Source: a virus. From it: 64,000 nt of DNA. This document shows, in pieces, positions 29,301 to 38,039 of this stretch. The stretch covers positions 439 through 64,438 of IMG/VR virus record IMGVR_UViG_3300013767_000112; one strand, given 5' to 3'. The first letter of the stretch is position 1; each line of letters begins with the position of its first letter. The notes below the pieces were generated by a model. The model did not search any database. It was not told where the DNA came from and saw nothing but the letters and a program-made list of their open reading frames with translations. Position numbers and translations under genes: made by a program.

Positions 29301-30309
29301 GCACGAAGACGGCACCCAGCCCCGGCGCGGCAATGCCGTTTGGGTAAAGCATGCGCGGCGACACGGTGGGGCCAATGATCACAGGCGATGCGATCCCGGC
29401 GGGCGCCGCCGTCTGCGAGGCCTTGGAGTTGACTACGGTAACCGCACCCAGCGGCGGCGGCGCAATGCCGCTGACGCTGACAGCCTTTATGCCACCACTG
29501 ACATACGAAACGCCGACAACCAGTGAACTGATGCCACTGGCAACGAGATACTGCCGCAGGTTGTAGACCAGCGCCGTTCCATAGCCGCTGGCGGCTATAC
29601 CTCCTGGCAGGAGTGCGGTGGCCGATTTCGTGAGCGCCGCGGTGCCGAATGCCTGCCCATCGAACCCACTGACGCGCAGGTTGTTGAGCGTGCTCTGCAC
29701 GGTGGCCAAACCGAAGGAGCCGGGAGCGATGCCCGCTGGCCGCATACCGGTAGGTTGCACCAGGCCCGGCAGACCAAATAGCGCCTGATCGCCCATGCCG
29801 GGCCACACGTAGCCGTAGCCAACCGCGCCAAACTCCACCAGCACGCTGCTGCCGGGTGGCGGCGCGTAGGGGTCGGCGAACCAGTTGACAACGACGCTTC
29901 CGCCGGGCGGCGAATTGTAGCCACCAGGCAGACGCACGCGCTCCACCGAGTAGAAGGAGGCGAGCGGTTCGATGGAAGACGGCGACAGGAAGCGCCGCCA
30001 GCGCACATATTCTGGCGTTCCCGCTACTGCGGTAGCGTCGATGCCGACCGGACGAATGCGCGGAATATCCAGCGCCACCGCGGGGCGCGGAATGAGTGCA
30101 GTATCGCTTCCCTTGGTGACCAACGGGCGCGACTTCAGGCGGACACCAGGTACCGGCAGTGCGGAGGCGTCGAAGCCGCCCGCCGCACGCACCCGCCCCC
30201 GCAGGAAGCCGGCATCGAATTCGAGATTGGTGCTCTGTCCTGTTGGCGGGGCGTAGCCATCGGCAAAGCTGAGCCCGACGCTGCCCCCAGCCGGAGGGGT
30301 ATATGCCAT
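26326..30309 (-). CDS. Large tail protein (1327 aa) with repeated GI/GF...G...V motifs
   Basis: Repetitive beta-rich ORF coupled to its neighbours. Confidence 0.7.
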   Translation of the reverse strand: MAYTPPAGGSVGLSFADGYAPPTGQSTNLEFDAGFLRGRVRAAGGFDASALPVPGVRLKSRPLVTKGSDTALIPRPAVALDIPRIRPVGIDATAVAGTPEYVRWRRFLSPSSIEPLASFYSVERVRLPGGYNSPPGGSVVVNWFADPYAPPPGSSVLVEFGAVGYGYVWPGMGDQALFGLPGLVQPTGMRPAGIAPGSFGLATVQSTLNNLRVSGFDGQAFGTAALTKSATALLPGGIAASGYGTALVYNLRQYLVASGISSLVVGVSYVSGGIKAVSVSGIAPPPLGAVTVVNSKASQTAAPAGIASPVIIGPTVSPRMLYPNGIAAPGLGAVFVQRNPTPTGWDAALFGQASIEYKTKYLLPRGIAAVDLGYPIVFDPTQWVFPSSPVDVGPFGDSRVTNKSVVVKLAGLDALELSPWALVENTRRYLLLAGWDSLAAGGGAIANKTPSVAPQGFDALGKPSSTETGVGFAVRSLYLSGIASPGIGAPTLTKTPEISPSGFTGAIGLPTVWPRVRNVAAKGADSQALGSATVWFRYRYLPAQGFASDKYGSGRIDHSWRELIATGTAMSAYGTPTVDNSDRTIAPASIFEFFAANHMVGGLRFLRPVGYDAAQFGSRIIPEVQQVYPLGFSGTYGLASIRNYTQLVVPPGFLTVGKQPADRWGTANAYNLVQYISMYYDPDSGLNTPAWPQWTLIENRNHNLRATGNDLSRPGIPQIDNKAAPLFPEGIRSPDPEAFYKAGMVAYRVRRLRLDGLEPPYIPSWATVYNDAFVAAPAGISSPAAGLPKIENTRRTFERIGGFDSAVFGYPMIADRVRTLSFEPRYTIGPPVIQLPEVKLYTRYVEPRGDDLSGLGWASLSIHWTLITPRWTLQNLYGSPTVWNVTPELHTRGSASDEFGDTFVRLQWRPVQPDGALTQEFGKADIAFRDRSVTVMGLRAGAFGDKLTVVRTGAPPYSTQYITLDGEPGKDGFGIPPGDDPPRSQMGLPIMNQQVIYVKQDDVATRIGSHSVTANSVRVEPGYWELLIGDPMVSLKIRTLTVPPYDYQDADYQGKPRVTPHTIWAMTEAPEQAKRNHPTTLPLHPIDGYGRTPGAILGNVTVTNQNRRLQATGTYFTSFGASTVQLRRHYIRPTGFTSFRSGWHMVPGDQYAEQFNGVDSAVFGQAKVAPPPPVGAQTAKPLGIVPPAIDKQAVDFFNRTVKPSGFDSAALGTRKGGDTPYMWQGLRVGPLMPTIPTGLASQAVAQPWVSFRVREAKVSGFDAFLCEYQLEAFDKRLRVKRVDPPRASRSITPVGILGFSSSASDVKPGVRFIRPDGNADQYRKGAF
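26423..26437 (-). promoter_or_regulatory. Copy D of the late-promoter palindrome (within the CDS end)
   Basis: TACCCCTGTAGGGAT about 100 nt upstream of ATG 26326; hexamer at 22 nt (TCTGAT) is a poor match. Confidence 0.4.
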
Positions 30310-30318
30310 AGCCCCTCC

Positions 30319-31176
30319 TTAATCGACTGCGGTTACATGGGCGTAGACGACACTGTTCTGCACGCCACTGGGGTCGACGCCCATGACGGTATAGGTGCCA
30401 GGAGCCAGCTCAGTGAACTGGAACTGCCCGTCCGCCTTGGTCATGGCGGTCGCAATGATCTGCCCGCGTTTCTGGTCGAACAGGTGAACCATCCGCGCTG
30501 CAGGGAGGCCCAGCACGGTCGTAGAGCCGGCAATGCGCTTGCGCCCGCTGTACGGAGTATTGCGACACGGCGTCAGGAAGTTGCTGCCAGAGAAGATGCC
30601 ACGGAATCGCCTAGCATTGAAATTGATATCGGATTGCGGTCTGGCGCTGTCGTTGTTGCGGTAGCGCTTATCGAGCACCAGGCGGTTGTATATCGAAGCA
30701 TCCGGCAGCGGCGTGGCATCAAATGTCTTGGTTTCCCCTGCCGCAAAGACCTGGTTGGACCACGCCCGTTGCATCCTCCAAGTCTTGCCGTCATCGCTGT
30801 ACATCAGCATGAACTGCGCAGGCGCCATGGAAATGCTGACGAAGCCGGCTGCCGGAAAGTAGATTCGAAGTTCCGCGATGTCCTTGGCATTTCCCGCGCC
30901 AAGGTCGTACTGAACCCACTCGCAGCCCTGTCGAAAACCATCGGCACTGAGCTGCGAGTACGTGCCAGTGCTTTGCCAGTAATCAGAGGACGACTGAGTG
31001 CCATTGAATGCCTTGTCTGCCGTATTGGCTCCGGAGACAACACTTGCCGAAGGTGTTCCGCCCGTGGCCACCGATGCACCGCCAGGAGTGGTTGCGAGGA
31101 ACAGCTCGCCAATGGCAACCTGAGTGGCGCCGTTGGTGGTAGCGATGAACAGACGCCAGTAGCGGTGCGCCGCCAT
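30319..31176 (-). CDS. Tail-associated protein: discoidin/F5-8-like domain plus C-terminal prealbumin-like domain
   Basis: YWRLFI, AFNG...W, WVQYDLG, APAQFML; C-terminal ADGQFQF...PGTYTV. Confidence 0.65.
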   Translation of the reverse strand: MAAHRYWRLFIATTNGATQVAIGELFLATTPGGASVATGGTPSASVVSGANTADKAFNGTQSSSDYWQSTGTYSQLSADGFRQGCEWVQYDLGAGNAKDIAELRIYFPAAGFVSISMAPAQFMLMYSDDGKTWRMQRAWSNQVFAAGETKTFDATPLPDASIYNRLVLDKRYRNNDSARPQSDINFNARRFRGIFSGSNFLTPCRNTPYSGRKRIAGSTTVLGLPAARMVHLFDQKRGQIIATAMTKADGQFQFTELAPGTYTVMGVDPSGVQNSVVYAHVTAVD

Positions 31177-31177
31177 A

Positions 31178-32365
31178 TCAGCTATCCCATGGGCCAGTGA
31201 TGTCGATCATCATCGCGCCCTGCGAACTGCCCGCAGTGCCGTAGAGCATCATAAAGGTCTTCCCCGGCATGCCCTGGACATTACTGACGGTGTCACCGTT
31301 GTTGAAGCAACGACCATGCATGGGCTCGTAGGCGCCCGGCAGGCGCCCGCGAATCAGGGCCGGGCTGCTCTGCGTGACAAGGATCGGTGCCAGATAGAAC
31401 CCGCTGTCGATCAGGTGGGGGTAGCTAATGGCGGCCGTTGCGCCGATGCAACCGGTACTCAGGCCAGTGCCATATAGGCCGACATAACGCGATCCGGCCA
31501 CGGCTGTGTAGTCCCGCGCGATGCACATGCTCGAAGCGAAGGAGGTCGGCGATGCAATCGCCGTCTGCGGGTTAAACAGACCACTGGACACCGAGGTGGT
31601 TTGGTTTGTCGCGCTGTTGCCAGTTATGATCGACGCATAAGCATCGCCCGGCTTGTACGACATGACATCGCCGAAGGCGCCGGTGTGAAGGTAGCCATTG
31701 CCCATGCCGTTGACGGCGGTGCCGGCGTAATCGTTGAAGTAGTAAATCAGCTTGCCATCGGTGACGATCAGCCAGGGGCGTGCCGTAGAGTCGGTAGTCG
31801 ATGACTTGCGCCAGAAGTAGCCGTTGTTTGAACTCTGCGCATTGGTCGGGTAAAGCCCGGTACCAGTATCCACATCCGTCATGGTCTCGTAGCCGAACAC
31901 CCTCGCTTCACCACCACCACCGGAAGTGCCACCGTCATCCAGCACGCGCAGGCAATGGCGCAGACCGGAAACGTCATTGGCGCGATATACCGCCTTGTTG
32001 GTGCCGCTGAAGGCTTTGGTGAAACCAGCGCTCGAGCGCTTTGCAGTGATCGTGCCGGTTGCCGGACTCGCCGGCGCGTTGGCTACCGCAAAGGTAAAGG
32101 TGGTTGCATCGACCACCGTCACCAAGGCGTCAATGTTGTAGTCCGCCTGCGTGGCGCCTGAAATCGTCGCTGAGTCGCCCGTGCTCAAGCCGTGCGGGGT
32201 GGCGCAGACGACCGTGGCCGTGCTGCTGCTGCGGGTGATACTGGTCACGTTGACCGTGTTGTAGCCGTTGACCAGCACCGCATCTAGGACGGTAACAAGG
32301 GAGCCGGCAAAGCCAGTCAGAACTGGGGCGCCGGCGTCCGTGTTGCGATAGACCTTGATCGCCAT
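31178..32365 (-). CDS. Tail fibre-like protein with FCCH-like insert
   Basis: GAPVLTG.AGSL..VLDAVLVNGY start; VTSITR...PHGLSTGD...TTFTF domain. Confidence 0.65.
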   Translation of the reverse strand: MAIKVYRNTDAGAPVLTGFAGSLVTVLDAVLVNGYNTVNVTSITRSSSTATVVCATPHGLSTGDSATISGATQADYNIDALVTVVDATTFTFAVANAPASPATGTITAKRSSAGFTKAFSGTNKAVYRANDVSGLRHCLRVLDDGGTSGGGGEARVFGYETMTDVDTGTGLYPTNAQSSNNGYFWRKSSTTDSTARPWLIVTDGKLIYYFNDYAGTAVNGMGNGYLHTGAFGDVMSYKPGDAYASIITGNSATNQTTSVSSGLFNPQTAIASPTSFASSMCIARDYTAVAGSRYVGLYGTGLSTGCIGATAAISYPHLIDSGFYLAPILVTQSSPALIRGRLPGAYEPMHGRCFNNGDTVSNVQGMPGKTFMMLYGTAGSSQGAMMIDITGPWDS

Positions 32366-32661
32366 TAGATCAGTCTCCCTAAGGGATCTTCATTCGGCCA
32401 GTAGCCCTTGTCCGCATGCCACTGGCAATACTCGTCGTACAGCGCCTGCGATGGCTGCTCTTCGTCATTCGCATGGCACTCGGCCATGAACATCTGGAAG
32501 ACGGGCAGGCATCCGAGGTGTGCCCAGTCAATGACCGGCGTGGGCGCGTTAGGTTTCGACTCGAAGGCCACAAAGCCCTCGACGCCCACCCGAAGCGGCG
32601 GCGGCTTCGCGCCGTCGTCGCCCAGGCTTGCGTTAATGCTGTCAGGGATAGTGGTGTTCAT
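32365..32661 (-). CDS. Hypothetical protein
   Basis: 98-aa ORF coupled to the downstream gene. Confidence 0.6.
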   Translation of the reverse strand: MNTTIPDSINASLGDDGAKPPPLRVGVEGFVAFESKPNAPTPVIDWAHLGCLPVFQMFMAECHANDEEQPSQALYDEYCQWHADKGYWPNEDPLGRLI

Positions 32662-32688
32662 GCAGTAGCACTCCTGCGCAGTCGGCCG

Positions 32689-33096
32689 TCAGACCTTGAA
32701 AATCTTGTTGGTGCCGTTATCCCAGGTAACGATGATGTCGCCGCCGTTCGGGGTAATGGGCAGGCCTGTGGCCGTATCGATGTAGGCGATCAGCGGGCTG
32801 GTGGCCTCGGTGCCGGTGTCCCTGAAAATGACGATGGCCTGGATGCTCTGGCCGGTCACGCTGGTGAACGTTACATCGGCCGCATCTGCCGCACCGCCTG
32901 TGGTCGTCTTGCTGGTCAGCGTGACGGGGCCGGCGATACGCGCGGAGATGGGGATGTCGGCCAGATACTGGTGCACAGACGTCTGCGGCGTATAGGCGCC
33001 GGTGCTGACCAGCAGTACCTTGATGGTGTCGGTCATCCAGTTGATCTGCGCCTCGAGGAAACGCTGGCGTGCGTAGTCGTAGAGTGTGTTAGCCAC
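32689..33096 (-). CDS. Conserved phage structural protein
   Basis: GTG start 33096, MANTLYDYARQRFLEAQINW...PNGGDIIVTWDNG. Confidence 0.7.
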   Translation of the reverse strand: MANTLYDYARQRFLEAQINWMTDTIKVLLVSTGAYTPQTSVHQYLADIPISARIAGPVTLTSKTTTGGAADAADVTFTSVTGQSIQAIVIFRDTGTEATSPLIAYIDTATGLPITPNGGDIIVTWDNGTNKIFKV

Positions 33097-33277
33097 GTGT
33101 GTTCTCCGTCTTTTCGGTTGGAGACGCACTCATGCGCGCCGGTGTCTTGATCTTGATGCCCTGCTCTGCCTCGATCACGAGGCGTGCAAGCTGGCCGGAC
33201 TTCTTCTCCAGCCGCACGGCCGTGCCGCCGATCAGCAGCGACTCGCCGACCTTGAGGTCAACAATCATCTTGCTCAT
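33089..33277 (-). CDS. CsrA/RsmA-like small beta protein
   Basis: KVGESLLIGG.AVRLEKKSGQLARLVIEA aligns by eye with CsrA [30 protein letters not shown]; the Arg44 equivalent is Thr. Confidence 0.55.
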   Translation of the reverse strand: MSKMIVDLKVGESLLIGGTAVRLEKKSGQLARLVIEAEQGIKIKTPARMSASPTEKTENTRG

Positions 33278-33951
33278 GGCCAGAAGGCCTCCACGTGCTG
33301 GGGGACGTCTTCACGGGTGATGCGCCGCATGTCAGAATCCGGCCGGATCCCGAAGTAGCGGGTGAACTCGTCTTCGGCGGCCGCAGCGCGGTTGGGGTCG
33401 AAGCTCTCCATGTCGGGAATACTGAAGCCCCGATGCAGCGCCCAATGCACCAGATGCGGGTGGTGAGCGGCCGCAATCTCCGGTTCAGCCGTGTCCTTGT
33501 CGGCCAGCTTCATCGCCGCCAGCGGTAGGCGGTAGCCCTCGAGGACCAGCTTGCCGGGCTCCGACGGCCGCGGCACCAAGCGCAGGCCTTTGTCCGACTG
33601 GATGGCGTACTGCGGATAGCCGCGCGACGTGCGCCATTCGCGGATACTCGCGTCCAGCCACTCGGTGGATACGAGGCGGATAGTGCGCGGCCGGTAGGTG
33701 CCTGCGTCGAGGAAACCGACATAGGTCAGCTCGAACAGCGCTTCATGCAAGGGGTAGGCCGAGCGCTCCGCCTCCACCGCGATCTGGCAAACGGCGGCAT
33801 CGTCGCTCTCGTGCATGAGGCGACCGCGCAGCGCGGCTTCCGCCACGGCGTCGTTCAGCCAGGCGGTGATGTCCGCGTCTGCCCAGAAGTACGGGGCGAC
33901 CTTGTCATTCCCGTCAACCCGTACCCGGCGGATCAGCTCGGCCAGCGTCAT
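33274..33951 (-). CDS. Head-tail adaptor-like protein
   Basis: MTLAELI.RVR...F.AD..I..WLNDA pattern; position after the capsid genes. Confidence 0.6.
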   Translation of the reverse strand: MTLAELIRRVRVDGNDKVAPYFWADADITAWLNDAVAEAALRGRLMHESDDAAVCQIAVEAERSAYPLHEALFELTYVGFLDAGTYRPRTIRLVSTEWLDASIREWRTSRGYPQYAIQSDKGLRLVPRPSEPGKLVLEGYRLPLAAMKLADKDTAEPEIAAAHHPHLVHWALHRGFSIPDMESFDPNRAAAAEDEFTRYFGIRPDSDMRRITREDVPQHVEAFWP

Positions 33952-34814
33952 ACGACCCCGAACTGGTCAACGAAGCCCTTCACCTGCGTGCGCAGGACTT
34001 CCTTGGTGGCGCTCTTGTTCAAGTCCTGCCGGTAGTTCACCTTGGCGAACTCGACCAGGCCGGCCTTGTCCATTCGGTCGATCTGGTCGTACATGTCCTG
34101 GATCTGATTCAGATCGCGCTCTTGCCGTTGCTGCTGCTGCTTGCCCTGCTCCAGCAACTCCGCAGTGTCCGTGTCCGTGCCGATGGCGTCGGTGCCCGTG
34201 GCCCGAACAGCCGCGACATCGGCGCGCTCGAACAGGTCGGCATGCCGGAGCAGCTTGCGCGCGATCGCTTCCGGGAGCGCTCGAACCTGGTCCGTGGCGA
34301 AGACCAGACCGGTGTTGTACATGCGGTCGCTCCAGTCGGGGCGGCGGCCGATGTATTTCACGCCCACGCCGATGCCCAGGGCCATGGCAGCAAGTTCGCC
34401 GGTCGGTATGGCATGCTCCACCGGCGGCGGCAGGTTGGCGCGGAATGCCTCGACGGCTTCATCGGCGTCGGGGATGTCCTTCAGCGCATGCACCACGGAT
34501 CGGAACAGGTAGTCCTTGGACTTCTGCTCCTGCGGCAGCTCGGCATAAGGGCGGATGCACGGGTGCGTCTTCTTCTCGGCGTCCTTCACCTCGCCGTACA
34601 CCCAGCCCTGCTCCTGCTTTTCCTTCAGCCAGGCTTCGTGCGCCTGCTCGGGGGTGGTGTCAGGGTTGGCGATGTGCATCTCGACGCCGCGCAGCAGACC
34701 CTGCTGATGCGACTCGGGGCACTCTTCCCAAGGCGGCATGACTTGGTCACCGATGGATGCGCAGTAAGCCGCGTTGATGGCGTGCGCGATGGATGCAATG
34801 AGGATGGCTTTCAT
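33948..34814 (-). CDS. RyR-domain-containing phage protein
   Basis: HEAWLKEKQEQGWVYGEVKDAEKKTHPCIRPYAELPQEQKSKD matches the RyR repeat signature. Confidence 0.8.
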   Translation of the reverse strand: MKAILIASIAHAINAAYCASIGDQVMPPWEECPESHQQGLLRGVEMHIANPDTTPEQAHEAWLKEKQEQGWVYGEVKDAEKKTHPCIRPYAELPQEQKSKDYLFRSVVHALKDIPDADEAVEAFRANLPPPVEHAIPTGELAAMALGIGVGVKYIGRRPDWSDRMYNTGLVFATDQVRALPEAIARKLLRHADLFERADVAAVRATGTDAIGTDTDTAELLEQGKQQQQRQERDLNQIQDMYDQIDRMDKAGLVEFAKVNYRQDLNKSATKEVLRTQVKGFVDQFGVV

Positions 34815-34883
34815 TGGGGTGTCCTACTTCCTGCGTGACAGGGCAGGCAGCACAGTGGCCGCCTGCCCGGATGGCGCCCGCTA

Positions 34884-35360
34884 TTAGCGGTTACCGCACA
34901 GTTCGCCGGTGACCAGCACCTTGATGTCGCTGGCCTTGGCGTTCGCTGCCACCGCGGTGGTCAGGATCAGCCGAGCCGGCTTCGGAAGCGTCACCAGCTT
35001 GGAGCCGGTGGCACGCTTGCGGCCGGTTGCAGCCAGGTCGATCCCCGAACCGAAGTAGGCAGCGTCCTGCGGGACGGCCGCGCTATCCACACCGTCCTCG
35101 TACTTGAAGCCGAGCGAGCCGGTGATGGTGGCGGTCATGCCAGTGGTCACGAAGACCGATGCGTCTTCCAGGCGCATACCTTCGGGGAGCGGGCCGAGAT
35201 CGACCACGTCGCCCGAAGCGAGAGCGCCGGCAGCATCGGAGTTCTGCACAGCACCAGCGGCGTTGGTCAGCAACGCAAACGCCAGCGAGGTGACGTTGCC
35301 GAAGGGAGAGAAGCCGCCGAACTGGCGCTTCTGGAACTGATTGAGGGTCACGATAGCCAT
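34884..35360 (-). CDS. Putative capsid accessory/decoration protein
   Basis: 158-aa beta-rich ORF directly after the major capsid gene, with GGAGG RBS. Confidence 0.55.
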   Translation of the reverse strand: MAIVTLNQFQKRQFGGFSPFGNVTSLAFALLTNAAGAVQNSDAAGALASGDVVDLGPLPEGMRLEDASVFVTTGMTATITGSLGFKYEDGVDSAAVPQDAAYFGSGIDLAATGRKRATGSKLVTLPKPARLILTTAVAANAKASDIKVLVTGELCGNR

Positions 35361-35427
35361 ATGGCCTCCTGTGAATCGGGTATCGGAATGAGACGAGCCG
35401 GAGCCGGCGTTAGCCGGCTCCTTGCCA

Positions 35428-36720
35428 TCAGTTGCGGGCGCCGATGATGGGCACGGCCGTATCGACCACGGTCACGCCGTAGTCGGTGATTTCCTTGCCC
35501 ATGCCGGTGTCGACTTCGAAGCGAACCTTCGATACGCCGCGAATCGCGCCGATCAGCAGTTCCACCTTGTCGCCGTGGTCCAGTTCCTTTTCCGACCAGA
35601 AAAACGGGATGCCCGACTTGTCGGAACTGGCCAGTGCTTCGGCGATCGCCTGGCCACCGAGAATCACCGAGCGGTCGACGGCGAACTGCGTGCCGAAGCT
35701 GGCCGGCACCGTCGCGGTCGATTCGGTCTCGCTGCCCGCGCTACCGCAGTAGCGGATGACGTCGCCCGCGTAGAAGCGGATCGCCCGCGGCATCTTGATC
35801 AGCAGGAATCCGTTCCACAGACCGGCCTCGCCCAGGAACAGCGGGTGCTGCCCGGCTTGGCTCGCACGTGCCATTGCCGACGCCTGGAGTTGGCGGAAGC
35901 TCGGGTCCGACGCGAACTTGTTGTACTGCGCAGGCGACATCATCCAAACGCGCAGCGGCGAGTCGGTGGCAGCCTTATCACCCTCGAATTGCACGATCGG
36001 GGGCGGCAGCGGGATCTGATCGAGCACCGTGCGCATCGAGTCCACCGTGTCCATCTTGAAGATGTCGGTGGACTGGATGTCGACTTCGCCGCCGTTCACC
36101 TTGAAGCCGGTCACCGCATCGCCGTCGGCGATGAAGTGGCGGTTCTTCGACGGAGCCAGCACCGGGTTGACCATGATTTCGCCAAAGTCGGCATCTGCCT
36201 CGGTCGGCACCACCCATTCGATGTTGTTGTGGAAGCCGCGGGCGCCGGCCATATGCACGAGCAGCGACTGATCGACGTAGCGATCCATCAGGTTCTGCGC
36301 GGCGGGGCGGCCAAGCTGGCGGAATTCCACGGGCGTGCGGATCGACGTCATGGCGTCGCCCAGATCCAGCGGGAAGCGGGCCTGGTTCACGCGCAGCTTG
36401 TCTTCCGTAATGCTCAGACCCGTACCGCGGCCTTCCGCATAGCGGCTGCCCATGATCGGCTTGGCGCCGATCGGGTTCAGCAGGTGAAAGGTCACCTCGT
36501 CGCCCTTGCCCTTCGACAGATCCTGGCAGCGCACGATGGGCATGTGCTGCGTGGTCTGTTTGCGCAGCGTTGCTTCTGCACCGGCGATACCAGCCGGCAT
36601 CTTGCCGGTCAGCCGGTTCAGCGTGCTGTTACGCTGCATGTGGGTGGCGAACAGGCCAACGGCCTGTTGCACCATGTTTGTCTTATCGCCGTAGCTGGCG
36701 TGCGTCTTGGTCGCAGTCAT
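35428..36720 (-). CDS. Major capsid protein, N4-gp56 family
   Basis: DLSKGKGDEVTF..L, EG.G..L, W.E...DHG motifs; 430 aa. Confidence 0.85.
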   Translation of the reverse strand: MTATKTHASYGDKTNMVQQAVGLFATHMQRNSTLNRLTGKMPAGIAGAEATLRKQTTQHMPIVRCQDLSKGKGDEVTFHLLNPIGAKPIMGSRYAEGRGTGLSITEDKLRVNQARFPLDLGDAMTSIRTPVEFRQLGRPAAQNLMDRYVDQSLLVHMAGARGFHNNIEWVVPTEADADFGEIMVNPVLAPSKNRHFIADGDAVTGFKVNGGEVDIQSTDIFKMDTVDSMRTVLDQIPLPPPIVQFEGDKAATDSPLRVWMMSPAQYNKFASDPSFRQLQASAMARASQAGQHPLFLGEAGLWNGFLLIKMPRAIRFYAGDVIRYCGSAGSETESTATVPASFGTQFAVDRSVILGGQAIAEALASSDKSGIPFFWSEKELDHGDKVELLIGAIRGVSKVRFEVDTGMGKEITDYGVTVVDTAVPIIGARN

Positions 36721-36737
36721 AGAGCCCTCTTATCGGA

Positions 36738-37844
36738 TCACAGCGTGTTGAGGAACCGGTCGATCTGCTCGGGGGACATGTTCCCGCCTTGCATGGCATC
36801 GAGCAGTTCGCGTCCGTTCATGTCGGCCATTTGTTCGTCCCGCGAAAGACCGGCCGGGCGCCCACCAGGGAGATCGGTGAGGCTCGCCGGAACCCGCGTC
36901 GGGGCGTTGGCAATAGCCGCTTGGGCCGCCGCCTTCACGGCCGCGGGGTCCACCTGTTCGGTGCCGCCCGTGGCCGCGCCAGCGCCGGCGCTTTGAGTCG
37001 TTCCAGTTGCCTGCTTGAACGCGCTGAACAGTTCGATGACCTGTTGCGTGGAGCCCTTCTGGAGCACCGTGCTGTAGCCATCGCGGACGAAAGACGGTTG
37101 CGTGTTGATCCAGTCCGCCAGCTCCTTGCTTTCCGCAAGGGAGTCGGCATCCGGGTGCGCTTCGTAGATGGCCGCGTAGTGGGTCTGGGTCGCATCCGTC
37201 GCGTGCTTCTGCTGGATGGGTGCCAGCTTCTGCGCCACGATGGCATCGACCTGTTGGGCCACCTTCGCATTGACAAGCGTCTGAATGCCCTTGGCCAGAT
37301 CCTCTTCGCTGAAGTCGCCGAAGATGCCCGGATCGATGCCCTGGTCGATGGCTGCTTGCGCGGCCGCCACCTGGGCGTCGGTCTGAGTGGGCGTCTGACC
37401 AGCATCCGCGCGCGCCTTGGCCTGTGCCTGCAACTCGGCAAGCTGGGTCTGCGCGGCTTCAGCCTGGGCCTTCCAGTGCTTCTCGCCTTCTCGCGCCTCC
37501 ACCAGCTTGTCGTAGCTGATGGTGTGCTTTCCGTCCTTCGCCAGAATCACGGCGTTGCCGGCGTTCAACTCGTTCGCGGCGGCGGCCGGCGTTGCTGCCG
37601 GTGCTGCTGCGGGAGTGGCGGCCGTTGCTGCCGTGGCACTGTCATTCGCGCCGGTCGTGCCGGCATCGCCTTGGGCCGAACCTGCCGCCGGCACAGGGGC
37701 GGCGCCGGGCTGCGCTGCCAGTTCCGACGACGTAGCGCCGGTATCGCCCTGCCCGCTCATCTCCAAGAGTTGAGCGGCCTGCGTGGGGGAAAGGTCGCCG
37801 TTCAGCGACTGGATAAACTCGTTTTGTTGGTCGGTAGTGGTCAT
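36738..37844 (-). CDS. Scaffolding protein
   Basis: Acidic/Ala-rich, ILAKDGKHTISYDKL, helical; between portal and capsid. Confidence 0.7.
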   Translation of the reverse strand: MTTTDQQNEFIQSLNGDLSPTQAAQLLEMSGQGDTGATSSELAAQPGAAPVPAAGSAQGDAGTTGANDSATAATAATPAAAPAATPAAAANELNAGNAVILAKDGKHTISYDKLVEAREGEKHWKAQAEAAQTQLAELQAQAKARADAGQTPTQTDAQVAAAQAAIDQGIDPGIFGDFSEEDLAKGIQTLVNAKVAQQVDAIVAQKLAPIQQKHATDATQTHYAAIYEAHPDADSLAESKELADWINTQPSFVRDGYSTVLQKGSTQQVIELFSAFKQATGTTQSAGAGAATGGTEQVDPAAVKAAAQAAIANAPTRVPASLTDLPGGRPAGLSRDEQMADMNGRELLDAMQGGNMSPEQIDRFLNTL

Positions 37845-37943
37845 GCCTGTGTCCCGCCACATATCGCCGTGGCCGCAGGGGTCGTCAGCAATGCGGATTT
37901 CTCCGCCCATCGCCTGCGCACGAGTGCGCATTGGCTTGGCCGG

Positions 37944-37986
37944 AGTGTGCGAATGGCACGCACAAACAGAAAGCCCTACAGGGGTG
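37944..37986 (-). promoter_or_regulatory. Putative late promoter E (scaffold/capsid): palindrome 37972-37986, 22 nt, CACACT
   Basis: CACCCCTGTAGGGCT-N22-CACACT in the portal-scaffold gap. Confidence 0.7.
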
Positions 37987-38039
37987 ACCTGCAGGGCTGA
38001 GGGACAATGCGGTGTGTAGGCCCTGGCGTCAGCGGGCGC

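Noticed and set aside
26326-32365. BPP-1-like diversity-generating retroelement or invertible tail switch
   Set aside because: No reverse transcriptase, template/variable repeat pair or invertase seen.
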